The notes: generated by a model not told the origin, from the letters alone. A DNA stretch of 64,000 nt from Setoptus koraiensis (GCA_048013815.1 CM106586.1:22072001-22136000); one strand, 5' to 3'; shown: positions 33,953 to 48,260, counted from the stretch's first letter. Translations and numbers: made by a program.

Positions 33953-35044
33953 ATGGGTGCCGATGAGACAGCTGAACCAATCGGCGATAATCCGGACACG
34001 AATGGAGAGCTCAAGTTTGAGCCGATATTAGATGAATCAGTAACAACAGGACACATTCCATTGATGGATGTGGTAATTGCTAGAATAAAGTCAAAATTTC
34101 ATATTCCATCGGCATTGAAAGTATTGAATAAATTACCAGGGGGCGATAAATTGAAGCATTTGAAACGAATCAAGCCAATGGAACAGATTGGTCAAGCATC
34201 TAGTGATAATGATCAATCGTTTGATGTGGTCATAGCTAAATGTTTAAATGAGAAATCCGAGCTTTCAATATTAGACACCAAATCTATGGTTGAGAAAATA
34301 AGCCAAGAGGAGATTTTCTTTAACTATCGTATACAACAAGTGCCGTTGGCACCACCTAAAACTGAACTTCAGCTCAGTATAAGTTCCAGAGTATGGCCAT
34401 GCAAATACGCCAAAAGCACCTATTTGTTGCGGTGCTTAGACGGATCCATTCTGAGCGAATGTGAAAGAGAGCAAATTAAATTAATAGTGAATTGTTTATT
34501 GAAGAATCTCGTGAAGCACGGTCTCACCGATAAAGAATCTGTGAGTGCGGGAGTGGTATTTCACAACTATAATATTATTTCCACCTCATTAGTGAGCGCT
34601 AAGACTATTGACGAAAATCCCTTAAAACATGCTGCCATGGTTGCTGTAGATAATGTTGCCAAAAGTTATGGTTCTGGATATTGGAAAAAAGACCCGGCCA
34701 GTATTTGCGATGAAGAGCAATTGAAAGAAACTTTGGATAGCTTTAGATTGACCAACAAGGCCATTGATAACTCTGGCAATTTTATACCTTATCTATGCAC
34801 TAATTACAGTATCATTTTGACAGAGGAACCATGTTTGATGTGCTGTATGGCTTTGGTGCATTCTAGAATAAGGCGAATATTTTTTCTAGATCTTGACACC
34901 AACAAGGAGCTTTCCGCAAATTTGGTCCAAGCGAATTCTAATCTAGCCAGAATTTGTTATGACGATGAAGCCCTGACAAAAATAAGGCTCCATTGTGATA
35001 GAAATATTAATCATCGTTATGAGGTGTGGCGTGTCCACTGGTAA
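33953..35044 (+). CDS. ADAT3: tRNA-specific adenosine deaminase subunit ADAT3/Tad3, single exon
   Basis: SRVWPC, NPLKHAAMVAVD (pseudo-active HAxM, no Glu), PYLCTNY...EEPCLMCCMALVHSRIRRIFF, NHRYEVW. Confidence 0.92.
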   Translation: MGADETAEPIGDNPDTNGELKFEPILDESVTTGHIPLMDVVIARIKSKFHIPSALKVLNKLPGGDKLKHLKRIKPMEQIGQASSDNDQSFDVVIAKCLNEKSELSILDTKSMVEKISQEEIFFNYRIQQVPLAPPKTELQLSISSRVWPCKYAKSTYLLRCLDGSILSECEREQIKLIVNCLLKNLVKHGLTDKESVSAGVVFHNYNIISTSLVSAKTIDENPLKHAAMVAVDNVAKSYGSGYWKKDPASICDEEQLKETLDSFRLTNKAIDNSGNFIPYLCTNYSIILTEEPCLMCCMALVHSRIRRIFFLDLDTNKELSANLVQANSNLARICYDDEALTKIRLHCDRNINHRYEVWRVHW

Positions 35045-35311
35045 TAGGCTGAACTCTCACTAGGATTGAAACAAACACAATACATGTTATATCTTGTATA
35101 TTTTTTTATTGTTAAATAGAGACTTTACATCAAGTCTGTAACCTATTATTGACACAACAATTGTTTCTTAGAGACAGGCTTTTGGGGCTGTTCTCTAGAG
35201 CGTCTACTATACAAAATATTTATAGTTTTCCATCTATGTATATCCTGTAGGATGTATGTGTGTCTATCTAATCTAATGGCGAGTTAGATGACAAACAGAT
35301 CCTAACTTCGT

Positions 35312-36444
35312 TTAGTAAGCACGGACTGGTCCATAAGCTGCTGGAGCGATGGGCACTGGCAGAGCTGGTCCTGCCAAATGGTTGGCGACAACGGAGTAGC
35401 TGTTGGAGTGGATATAGGATATCAAGTGTTATTATTGGTGGACAGAAAAAACAAGACAGTAATGCTTGTGTCCATCTGTGTAACTATATCTACCTGAAAG
35501 CTCTTGGGATGATGGCAGCTGGAGCGGCCAAGACTGGTCCCGGTCCGTAAGCAACTGGTGCTGGTCCGTAGGCGACTGGTGCTGGTCCGTAGGCGACTGG
35601 TGCTGGTCCGTAAACTGGTGCTGGTGCAGCCAATGGAAGAGGTGCTGGTGCAGCAAGTGGTAGAGGTGCTGGTCCGTAGGCGACAGGTGCTGGTCCGTAA
35701 ACTGGTGCGGGAGCGGCAACTGGAACTGGTAGAGGAGCTGGGGCAGCGACGGCGACTGGGGCTGGGGCTGCTCATCGAAAGACAGTTGAGGTGAGATTAG
35801 ATTGAGAAGCTCGACTAAAATAGTCTGATATTGTTGTGGAATACTATTATTACATGTTGATATGGTTAACGGAACTTACCGACGGCAACAGCCTTGTTAA
35901 CCAGAGCAGCGGCTGAGTCCTTTGGCTCAACGCCTGGCTCGTTTGTTTGGATGTTAGCTCTGAAACCGGCGGCATCAGCAACGTAGTTTACAATTCTGGT
36001 GCGACCATCAACATCACGTAGACCGTATGAACCGACACGACCGCCTAAAGCGTCACCTTGTTCACGTCTGAAAGTACCGCCAGTGGCGTGGTCCTCATTG
36101 TAACCGAAGTTGAAGTTACCAATGTTGTCTTGGCTTCTGAATTGGGTGCTAGTACCGGTAGGCACTGCGGCTGGCACAGCCAAATGGCTGGCGTAGGAAA
36201 CGGACACCAAGGCAGCTAAACAGATGATGATCTGATGATGACAAACAAAAAGCAAACAATTGAAATTGATAATTAATATGAATCCTTGTGTGTATGTGTG
36301 TGTGTGTTTTGTACATTGCGCAAGCAATCAGTAGTTAGTTGATATAAACAACTAGTGACTTCCGCTAACGGCTTCAATCGGATTTGTTTTTTCAGTTTTG
36401 TGAACCACGGGGCACATTTCGAGTTGCGCTAGACATACCTTCAT
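35312..36444 (-). CDS. Cuticular protein with R&R chitin-binding domain and AAPAP/YGPAPVA repeats; complement(join(35312..35399,35494..35770,35880..36231,36439..36444))
   Basis: MK|IIICLAALVSVSYA signal; QFRSQDNIGNFNFGY...GSYGLRDVDGRTRIVNYVADAAGFRA; three GT-AG introns keep the frame. Confidence 0.9.
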
Positions 36445-39400
36445 TTTTGCAGTGTTGTTTTCTTCCTTTTTACTAAACTAGATGAAATAATTTATTTGTT
36501 ACTTGTGTTCTTTTTTATCTTTTGATGCTTTGCTAGTGTTAACAACTTTTGGTTTGTCTGTTCTGGCCGACAAACAACCCCTTTTATACTGGCGATTGTT
36601 TGTTGGTCAGTCGGTTTGCTCGTACAGGTACGGCGTTGGTTGGCGTCCACAAAAATTCATGGTCACGAGCGCATTTGCACGTATTAGACCATAAGAGCAC
36701 ACCCACCCCTCCTAAGGCCTCTCATGTAGTTTACCTGTTGTTCGGTTGTCCAGGTGTATATTACATAACATGATCAATGATTGATCATACGTGCACTATA
36801 AACAGCAGGCATAATGCCTGGCAAGCGAGCGAGCGAAAGTGAGAGACAAAAGGACAGCACCACACCTATTAGTGACGGTAGTAAAAGCCAACAACTGGCC
36901 ACAGGTAACAACGGGCCACTGGCCTTTTGGATATGGTAACAAGAGCTTAAAAATATACATACACTAGGCACTCAAAGTGCAGCAAGCAGCGGACAACAAC
37001 AACAACAACAACAGCAACGCCAACAACTACAACAAGTGCATACGTGCCGTAACGTATGAAAAGAGCACTGCCCTCAAATCAATTCAATTTATCAAGACTA
37101 GCTGCGTGTGTGTATTATAACGTGTTATGCAACCACCGTAACTCGCACAGAGCAACAGATTGTGCAACAGTAAAAACAGTTATGCTAATACACACTATGA
37201 TGCCTATTGATGGCTCGCTCACTCATTATTTACCTGATTTCACCTGTTGCCCGTTATTCGCTGCTTGATACTAGCTTGAATACTCTAATACCTGTCAGCT
37301 GTATTATTTGTTGCCGCTACCAGGATTATTCTAACTTTAACTCTTCGTTCACCATAGCCAGCCAGCCAGCCAGCTAGACGGCCAGCCAGACTTCAGCCAT
37401 TTACTTCAGACCATTCAGGCCCACCGCTGAACTGCCAGCCAGAACAACAACAATACCATTGGCCATTCGATATTAATTCATGTTAATTAAGAGCAAACAC
37501 ACAACAACAATTGCAAATGTTCGCATGCGGTGTGTCGATTTCAGGGCTAAACAGCCAGCAAAATGGCCAGTCTTGAACTCTAAGCCTCGATCATTGCCGA
37601 ACGAGCCGTCACTGCTTGCGATGATGCCTCTCGAGTCTCGACTGATGATGCCTTGCCGGCCGAATTTGTCTTCACACCCAAATGGCCACCGCTCACACAC
37701 AATGTGATTAACTGTATTTTCGTCCTTCGCATACGGAACACACTGCACTCTATTCAACTCGATTCCATTCACTTAATCCCGGCTTCACTGCCGGCAACTT
37801 GTTGGCGTCGTCGTCGTCATGGTTACTGTCGTTGCTGTCGAGTATGTATCAGTGTGAACAATGTGTATTGCCCACCACCATCATCTATGCAAATGTGAAC
37901 ACGTTTTGGGCTTCTTTGCGCGCTTCTTCTGACCCCGACGTGCGCGAAATAGGCCAACTCTGGCTAGACCGCACCACTGGCTTTTGTCTATGCAAATGCG
38001 AGCCTTTTTGGGTGCCCACTGCCAATTGATTATACTACCAATCTAATAAAGCAGTCATATACCCACTTCAGGTGGGTATTTCAATCAAGCTCAATCAGAT
38101 GGCTGCCCAATGGGCAGCACCATTGTTGCCCCTCGTGGTTCCAGCGCAATAGGTCCACTGTTCAATTCTGACATAATCTGTTGTAATCAATCATTTGGTG
38201 CACATACCAATAATCAATCTCTATCAGCCAGTTACAGTTGGACAAGTCTTGCGCAATAGATGAATACCGTGTGCTTCTTTTATTTTAATCAACTGTCCGA
38301 ACGTCTCTTGTTATCGTTATTATTATTATTATTGATTGTGCCAAGCGCCGAGCATCACGTCCATTGGTCGTTTATATACATGCATAATGGTGTCAAACAT
38401 GATTTGAACGGACAAATAAAATCAAAACAAAACAATAACTTTCAAATTTGCGCAAACACGATTACACAAATACGTAGGCACGAACGATATTTCAAAAATC
38501 AATAGATGGACAGGCAGTTCGTTTAGATAATTAAATTTTAAGCTTGCGAATGAATGTTCTCATTGGCCACTAATCTGACATGGGCACAACAACATCAGCA
38601 GCGGCAACAGTGTTCGACAGTGCCAGCTCGAACTCGATTTAAGCCCTCTCCTGGCTTGTCTAGGCAACTTGTCGGACAACGCCGACAACGACAGTAACCG
38701 CCACACAAAACAATTACATAACAGGTCGTGAGTCCAAATTTGTAGCTCTAATTGTAACTGACCTTTACCTCTCCCTCGCACTTTGCTGCCGTTTTCAACC
38801 ACGTCCTATCACTCCAGATAATCACTCTACTACTGCCACGACTAACAACTTGCACGCTTGTTACAATAACGTGAGGGCAGCATCAGTTTATGTTAACAGG
38901 CCATTTTGCTCTTATAATATGACTACTATCTATCTTGATCGTAGTACAATTCACATGAAAACAATGGCCGATCGATAACCTTGGTTTAGTATCATGTTGG
39001 TTAGAATTCTGGCCATATTCATATATATTCAGTTCAGTTGTTGTCTGTTCAGTGGCAATGATTGTTAACCAGCCGACAACAATCTCAATGGTATCAACAT
39101 TTATCAGTTCTAAAGCTGATAAATATGGATTTAATTTGAATTTGATACTGTATAAGATGTATACGATTTACATTAAGTTCCTTCAAATGTTGTTTGCCAA
39201 CCAAATAAACCAATTAAAATTTGAATTCGTTTCAACACTGACAACAAATCGAACAGATCGCGTATCGTATTGAAAAAAGACAGTCTTTTATCCTCGTACA
39301 AGTTGCAATCTAATCACCAAGTTACAGCGTCTTGCCTCTCACAATTATTGTCGATTTTCCCGTGGGTCGCATGTGGATCACTAGCTTTCTCTTCCAACGT

Positions 39401-40343
39401 TATTGGTAAACTGGTTGCACAACAACATCGTCTCGTCTCAAGTCTCTTCGAGTACAAAAATCCTTACGCTGTGCCTGATTGGTCAATTTATAATTTCTTC
39501 AAATGCCTTAGATTAGTTGTAATTTAAACTATATTAGATTATATTTAGTTCTATCAACAGCGGATAGTATCATAGTTCGATGACGATAACATTGACATTT
39601 TTCTAAAGGCCCAGGGGCTCGTTTAACTAATAGCAGCCAATACAAACAAATAAATGCACCATACAACAGTGATATGTAGATTGGCAAATTAGTGCAAATT
39701 ACGCTCACACTAGACTATCTATAATTGGCTAAATGGCAGTCAATCGAACTTGTATCCCGCTAATAATAATGTGATATGATTAGAATTGCATAAGATGGAC
39801 GGTAAACTCGCTTGTTAGTTGTTAGCGAATGCAACAATTCGCTAACAAGGTGACAGGTTAACAGACTAGCAACTGTTGAGATTAGAGATTCGGCCATTCA
39901 ATATAAAGATCATGCACGAGACAGTTCAAGGCGTCTAGTAATTCATAGGCTAATAATTCAAAGTCTAGTAATTTAAAGTTTGCTGCTCAAAGAAACCAAA
40001 AACTATTTGAACAATACATCTTTTATCTTTTGTTGTCGTTGTTGCTTAGCTTGATTAATTGGCTTATTAGTTTGTAATGAGCATGATGTAATGTTCGACA
40101 CATTATAATTCCAGCGTTATATTCATTTAGATCGTATCGCACAACTCGCACGAATCGAGAGAAAGAGAGCATGCAATAAGTGAAAGTACAGGTGCTTGTT
40201 GATTGTATCAGACCAAGCAAGCAAATTGTTAGCAGGATTAATGTGCGACCGACTAATTTGGTCGGTTGTTTCGCCTGATTTATTGTCTACATATTTAGCT
40301 CGCCAAATCTATCAAGACTTGCGTATGGCTTACAAGCGAATCT

Positions 40344-43300
40344 CTAATCTTCCATGGGAGCAGTTGGTAGCCCAGTGGGGCTGAGGCGAACCAGTGCACC
40401 TACTTGATGAGATTGTGAATTGTCTGGGGGGCCGCTATTGTTGCTAATTAAAGTTGTTGTGCTACTAACAGCAGTGTTGTCTGCCTTGTTACCACTTCCC
40501 AACGACATAACAATCATGCCACCGTCGGATAGATTTGACAATGATGCAAATGAAGTATTGGCCCGCATTTCTGCATTCAATTTGTTCTGGTCGACGATTG
40601 ACAGGCGTGTCATTCCACTGGCTTGAGTTGACGGATTCTGTTGTTGGCCGACGACCACCACATCAGAGCCAACTATTCTGAGCATGTTCTTTTTTGTCGC
40701 TTTGTCTTCGGCACAAACTATGTCACTAGTTGTTGTGTCATTGTTTTCGTTAGCTACACTGATATTTTCGTAAAGTTTTCTCTTATGATAACTCACGCGA
40801 CGTGCAATATGTCCCCAGGCCACAATAGGACCCTCAAAAATTGCATAAGTGAATACGGCTAGAATCAAAGTCATAAAAGCCAACTCTAGGTATTTTTCAA
40901 CTATAAAATAGTGTGATGGATGCCACTGATGAGGCGATGACAATAAATCAAACCAAACTATGATCCAGCCACTGAAATAGATAGAGCCACTCATGCGACC
41001 TAATGGTACCAAAAATCTTGTCAAGATCCAAGGATTTTTTGAATTCTTTCTTGTGGCTACGTGACGATAAAACAACCAAGTGAATGGCAATAGATACATC
41101 AATTTGCCCAATAAGACAAAAATAAATGTTTGCGTATCGTTCATCTCATTTCCCAATCCAGCCCAGTAGAATGTGGACATGAGAACAGCAGCTATGGCGA
41201 CAAAACTCAATACGCTAGCCAAAAGAGCAGCCAATTGGAGCCACTTTCCCCTCGTATTTTCTATTTGGCCTTGATCATCGATGTAATCCAATTGATCTGC
41301 ATCGTTTGTGTTTGTCACCTCATCAGTGGACCAAATCCAGAGTCTATTTGTGCATGTAAATTTGTTGATTTGTTTGCTATTTGTTGTGGCGATATCGCTT
41401 GAAAAATATCGCTTGAACACCACAAACAGAGCCAATAGTAGACCCATAAAGTAGCCGATCAAATGATTATAGGTGGGCATGTACATTGATTCAATAACTC
41501 GCTGATAGTTGTTGTAGTCTGGATAATCTATGATGAAGGGCACTATCAATTGTTGGTCGCTTGCAACAGTGGCTGGATAGATCATGCCAATAACAATAAG
41601 AATCAAACACAACGTAACTGCTGTAATTATTGTTGACAAGTGTTTTGTCTTGAATTCGGAACTGTCAATCATGAAACCCGATTTACTTGTTGTTGATTGC
41701 TCTAAATGGCCATTGAACTTATCCTTATATTTACCGCTACTATCACTGTTACTATCTGGACTTGATCTAAATTGAGACTGCTGATTGAATTGTTGCTTCA
41801 AACGATAGGCCATAAGTGACGTGAGACCGGTTGCCATTAGGTAAATTATTGGGTAGGCGATCAGATGCAATTGAAATTGAACAGCGCTAACATGAGTGGG
41901 CCATAGGCACGTCTCATTGAGACGATCATTGTTATGAAACAGTAGCATGTTTGTCCAGCCATATTTATCACAAGGTTGTTGAATTTTGTTTGCCTGATCG
42001 TTCATCACAAATCCATTTGACAAATGGGGCCAGACGTAATTGATACAGATCATCGCTAGCACTGGTGGCGCCAAACGGATGTATCTTTTGCAGGCGTAGC
42101 TGCCAAACGATGGCATTAAATAGCCACTAAAGTGTTGATCGGGATTTACATAGGCGCGCCTTCGGTGACGTGACAAACATTTATCTAATAATCTGTACGA
42201 TATTACATAGCCACTTATGAAATAAAATGATTCCATCCAAATGGGAGCGTTCAAGAATATCTGTGTGATGGGCGACCTGAAGAAGGGCACCATGGCATCG
42301 GTCCATCTGGACCACAAAAATGGCACTGGCAAGCAGCCTAAGCTCACCAGTTGAGAATAAACAAACATCATTATGAGAAATCCTTTCAAGGCATCAATAG
42401 TGGTCGATCTGTGATTATTCTCTAGCTTGTTCTCATCCACAATGCTTGATGCAACCTTCGTTTTGATAAACAAATAGCCAGAACATTTGTCTATGGCCAG
42501 TATGTTAAGCATGTCGCTTATCGAGTCCTCGTCACCAGAAGCAAGATTTTGATTATTGTTTGGAGTTTTGGCATCTCGTTGTCGTGCCTTGCTATTATTT
42601 TTGTTGTTTGGAACAAACACGTATATTTTCAAGAATGTTGCCACTACGCTGACCGTGACCATGGTGGTCAATATAAAAAATGCCACCGCTCTTGATGTAT
42701 TAAGCCAATCGATCATGCTGTATGGCTCTTGTTCGCATTCGTAGTCAGACGCAACAATTTGATGATAGTCATTGAATGTCTTCTGCAGGCTGTGCCTTAT
42801 GTCATCTCGGCTACATGATGATGGAAAACAAACACCCATCAGACGAGTGTAAGTGTAGAGAATGGAGTTTTGTTCAATCATATACTGGTACAAAGGACTT
42901 TGGAATGGTGGCACATAATCAGCGCTTAAATTTGATATTAGACTGTATTCATCTTGTCCATTTGGCGGCGGGGCCTCAGATTGAAGCTTTCGCAAATCTA
43001 GCTCTGCCTTTGTATGGCCCATGAAAGTAAGGTTAGACAGTAGAGATAAATCTAGCACAGATTTATAACGAGATATTAGCTTTGGTCTGGGTGGCATCAC
43101 CGGACTAACATTGACTAGACAGTATTTTCCGCGAAATCTTTCCCCTAGAGCTTCTGTTTGCTGCTCAAAATCTCGCCCATCAAATGAATCGTTTGAAATT
43201 TTTGCTGGCGCTCTCACTCTAACACATTGTAGAACGTGGCCCAAATTTGGTACGTTGCCGGATATCAAACCAGGCTCTAATTTACCAAACGAATCAAACA

Positions 43301-44321
43301 TACGCGCGATCCAGCGTGTATTGGTTGATGTCTTTGTATAGTCTTGGACATATCTAAGATCGGCGGCACATTGTGGGGAGACGTTGACGTCGGCATATTG
43401 TTCCAAGTCCTTGTAGAATAATCGCGTGAATTTCCTCATCATGACACGCTTAGCTTCAAAGAAACGCCTAAATAGATCGTCCCATTTTTGTTCCACACTT
43501 AGATACTTACCAAATGGCTTCTTTACCAATAAATTCTCTAATACTCTATCCTCTTCAGCCCGCTGTTGATCCCTATTGGCTCTTTCTATTTTAGCCATCA
43601 CCGAATCATCTTCTTCATTGTATGGAATATCATTAACGTCACTGTTTGTCTCTGTGTATCCATTTGCGTTGCTGCCATTTTGATCCAAGAAATTTGTTGA
43701 TGATGTTGATGACACCTGACGGACCTCAATCATGCTAACAGACTCGGACGAATTGTAACTAGTAATGTCCTCATATGAAGCCGAGTTATTGCCAACATTG
43801 TCTAGTGATAATGAACTTGGTGTTGATTCGATATCCAATGAGATATCTTTCAACTCGATTCCAATTGTAGTTGATGATTTCGGCAAATCAGACATAGATT
43901 CGGTAGGAGAATTTGAGCTAGCATTTTTTGCAGAGTCTGGATCCTTTGCATGGATATCCAATCTGCTCATACCGATATTGGTAGCACGTGAAGAAGAAGA
44001 CACTTCGCTCGATGGGCTGTTACCACCATAACTCGTTTCGTCATACTCAATTAATTTAGTCACTGTATCTACTTGAGGCAATTCTGTTAATACAATATCT
44101 TTAGACAAATCCGGTGTTTCACGTTCAGCTGACACTGAAGTATTTATTGAGTGATTCGATTCTGAGCTTGGTTTTGCGATTGTGCCCCCATTTGGATGGA
44201 TTGCGGGCGTAGAATGACTTTCGGTCACTGTTACGTCAATCGGTAAACAATTAGTTAAAATTGATTGAGACAGAACCAATATGATTAAAATACCGGACTT
44301 ATTCATCGAATTCACAGCCAT
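40344..44321 (-). CDS. NRF-6-like (nose resistant to fluoxetine 6) membrane acyltransferase-3 protein with long Ser/Thr-rich N-terminal extension, single exon
   Basis: Signal peptide after ATG 44321; NRF domain (VSPQCAADL, WIARMFDSFGK, GHVLQC, GVCFPSSCS); KRYIRLAP, LGRMSGSIY, FEGP; multiple TM helices. Confidence 0.88.
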   Translation of the reverse strand: MAVNSMNKSGILIILVLSQSILTNCLPIDVTVTESHSTPAIHPNGGTIAKPSSESNHSINTSVSAERETPDLSKDIVLTELPQVDTVTKLIEYDETSYGGNSPSSEVSSSSRATNIGMSRLDIHAKDPDSAKNASSNSPTESMSDLPKSSTTIGIELKDISLDIESTPSSLSLDNVGNNSASYEDITSYNSSESVSMIEVRQVSSTSSTNFLDQNGSNANGYTETNSDVNDIPYNEEDDSVMAKIERANRDQQRAEEDRVLENLLVKKPFGKYLSVEQKWDDLFRRFFEAKRVMMRKFTRLFYKDLEQYADVNVSPQCAADLRYVQDYTKTSTNTRWIARMFDSFGKLEPGLISGNVPNLGHVLQCVRVRAPAKISNDSFDGRDFEQQTEALGERFRGKYCLVNVSPVMPPRPKLISRYKSVLDLSLLSNLTFMGHTKAELDLRKLQSEAPPPNGQDEYSLISNLSADYVPPFQSPLYQYMIEQNSILYTYTRLMGVCFPSSCSRDDIRHSLQKTFNDYHQIVASDYECEQEPYSMIDWLNTSRAVAFFILTTMVTVSVVATFLKIYVFVPNNKNNSKARQRDAKTPNNNQNLASGDEDSISDMLNILAIDKCSGYLFIKTKVASSIVDENKLENNHRSTTIDALKGFLIMMFVYSQLVSLGCLPVPFLWSRWTDAMVPFFRSPITQIFLNAPIWMESFYFISGYVISYRLLDKCLSRHRRRAYVNPDQHFSGYLMPSFGSYACKRYIRLAPPVLAMICINYVWPHLSNGFVMNDQANKIQQPCDKYGWTNMLLFHNNDRLNETCLWPTHVSAVQFQLHLIAYPIIYLMATGLTSLMAYRLKQQFNQQSQFRSSPDSNSDSSGKYKDKFNGHLEQSTTSKSGFMIDSSEFKTKHLSTIITAVTLCLILIVIGMIYPATVASDQQLIVPFIIDYPDYNNYQRVIESMYMPTYNHLIGYFMGLLLALFVVFKRYFSSDIATTNSKQINKFTCTNRLWIWSTDEVTNTNDADQLDYIDDQGQIENTRGKWLQLAALLASVLSFVAIAAVLMSTFYWAGLGNEMNDTQTFIFVLLGKLMYLLPFTWLFYRHVATRKNSKNPWILTRFLVPLGRMSGSIYFSGWIIVWFDLLSSPHQWHPSHYFIVEKYLELAFMTLILAVFTYAIFEGPIVAWGHIARRVSYHKRKLYENISVANENNDTTTSDIVCAEDKATKKNMLRIVGSDVVVVGQQQNPSTQASGMTRLSIVDQNKLNAEMRANTSFASLSNLSDGGMIVMSLGSGNKADNTAVSSTTTLISNNSGPPDNSQSHQVGALVRLSPTGLPTAPMED

Positions 44322-45540
44322 GATGGAAATTAACTTGATCTCTTCAGGTTGCTGGTTGCAATCTGGCAAGATTGTGGTGACTTTCTGTGGTATTAGAGTG
44401 TTTGTAACCTATAGTGTTTTAAGGTGTCGCGAATTTAAACTTTGGTAAACTTTGCTACACATATTAAATGAAGAGATCACACATTAATCACACTAATAAT
44501 GAAAATATCTATAGTTCAACTTTCAATCGGGCTATATATGATCGCAATCTCTGGAGATGCAATTATGAACCCTCCGTTGGCCAGTCAAAGGATTTCAAGC
44601 TCGTTCATGGTTAGCTGTAAATTTAACTGTTTATTGAGAGAAGATCAAAGTGAAGGATCATCTTTATAACAATCTTAGTAACAGAGAACAATATGTCGTG
44701 GCGACAATGTGGCTGCAATGTAAGTGTATGGAAGCCAGGTATGGAAACACGCGGAAGTATTAGCCGGTTATTTACTTTCAGCGTCATTGAGAAAAGACAG
44801 CTCACTGTATGGAATAGAGTAACCCTTTACATCTAACGTATTCTTAGTATCCAAAAACAGGATTCACAGAAAGTGTCAAGATCATTTTCACTTCATCACA
44901 TGAATTGTCTCACAAGTTCTGGCAGCTGAAGCGAAATCACGAAGAATAATAAGAGAGGAAGACGCGATAAGTAAATATTTAGAGATGGTACTAGGAAACA
45001 ATGGATGGATACTATAAGTTTTTTTATAAGTATTTATAGCATCAAAGGTTTCCTCAATCATGCACTTAAAATCAAGGTAGATGATGATTACATCTATTCC
45101 TTGTTGTTTAGATACAATAGGTGGTAGTCTTTTTGGAAACAGACACAAATATTCTCAAGTAAGTTATTCTATTGTTGCTGTTGTTCATGAATTACTACTG
45201 TACATATTTTACAAATTCTTGTTTACTTTCTTTTTAGTTTAGTTGAGTCTGATGTCATTGTTATCTGAAGATGTTTGTTTCGTCATATAACCGGCTTGAA
45301 TGTCGCCAAATTTGTCGATCCTGTGACTTACACATGAATTGAAGCCGATGTTAGTAGCTGCTCATGGTATAAATATATGTAGAAAAGCCTAACTATATTT
45401 ATATAATTCATTGCAGGGACCAGTTGGAAAGTATATCCCCGAGGGTTGATAGACTTAGGGGTTTTTTGATGATAATGACGGCGATAATACTAATCAGGTG
45501 GGCTTTCTTAGCTTGCTGTTGTAAGCTAGCTACAACTCGG

Positions 45541-47172
<1,632 letters not shown>

Positions 47173-47437
47173 TTAAATGTCGCTAACAAATAATGTGTGT
47201 GCTCCAATTATGTGTACTATGTGTAATGACGATGATGGTGGCGATAATAATGACGATAGTGACGATGTGTTGTGCGATGTTTTCTCTGCGTGTATTAATT
47301 AATTGATTGATTGGGCGCTAATGGTTGCGCGGATAAAATTGTTCGCTGTCAATGGTGCCAATTATCGATGAACTCGTGTGTGTGTGTGTCGCGGCAATAT
47401 ATTAATAATAATATTATAATAAAATATTGGCAATAGC

Positions 47438-47504
47438 TAGTAATAGTTATCTCGATAGTAATAGTTATCTCGATAGTAATAGTTGTCTCGATAGTAATAG
47501 TTGT
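47438..47504. repeat. 18-bp tandem repeat, about 3.7 copies (TAGTAATAGTT(A/G)TCTCGA)
   Basis: Units at 47438, 47456, 47474 and 47492 (partial). Confidence 0.9.
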
Positions 47505-47753
47505 AGTTGTAGCAGTGGTTGCAATAATGGCGGCGATGATAGAATGCAACTGTGAAGGTTTCCCTAAATGAATTCGCCTATGATCATCATAGTGTGATGT
47601 TCGCTTGTCGTTGCAGCTCGGCCAGGCTCGCAGTGTGTGCTCAGCTTACATCCTTGCGCTCAACGTAACATAATATAATACAACTCTCTCCACAACATAC
47701 ACAGCATACAGCCTACAGCGTACAGTTGTGCACTGTAGAGCCCACTGTTCACT

Positions 47754-47798
47754 GCAGAATATACGGCAGAATATACGGCAGAATATACTGCAGAATAT
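47754..47798. repeat. 12-bp tandem repeat, about 3.7 copies (GCAGAATATAC(G/T))
   Basis: Units at 47754, 47766, 47778 and 47790 (partial). Confidence 0.9.
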
Positions 47799-48169
47799 GT
47801 GTGCTATAGCACCACCAGCTAATGTGTATTGCCAGCCGAGTAGCACAGTATCAGTTGTAGCCAGTGCCAGTAGTTTGGGCAGTAGTTGTAGTGGAAGTAG
47901 TAGAACAGTACAGTATAATGTAAATGTAAATGTTCTCTTTGCTCTGACTTGATATTGATTGTTGTGGACTGTTCGTCTGTGTGTTTGTTTGTCTGATTCT
48001 TTGCGTTTGTCTGTCCGTTCGTCAGTGCGTCTGTGCCTATGTGTCTATCGCGAAACTTACAAACTCAACAGCATTTCAAACGTGCCTTCGTCTCTTCCAC
48101 TGGCAGCCAGCACACACACAGCAGACCAGCAGCAGCAGCAGCGTAGCACACGCTAACGCTCTCTCTACG

Positions 48170-48260
48170 CTGCTATGCTGCTGCTGCTGCTGCCGCCGTT
48201 GCCGCCGTTGCCGCTGTTGTTGCTGCTGTTGTTGTTGCTGTTGCTGTTGTTGCTGTTGTT
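48170..48260. repeat. Compound (GCT/GCC/GTT)n microsatellite
   Basis: gctgctgctgctgctgccgccgttgccgccgttgccgctgttgttgctg... Confidence 0.85.

Noticed and set aside
35400-35430. Apparent non-canonical acceptor for the last cuticle-protein exon
   Set aside because: A canonical CAACAG acceptor at 35400-35401 restores the frame (RAFS|YSVVANH)
35422-35794. ORF-track proteins over the cuticle gene middle exon
   Set aside because: Wrong-frame or antisense translations of the AAPAP/YGPAP repeat exon
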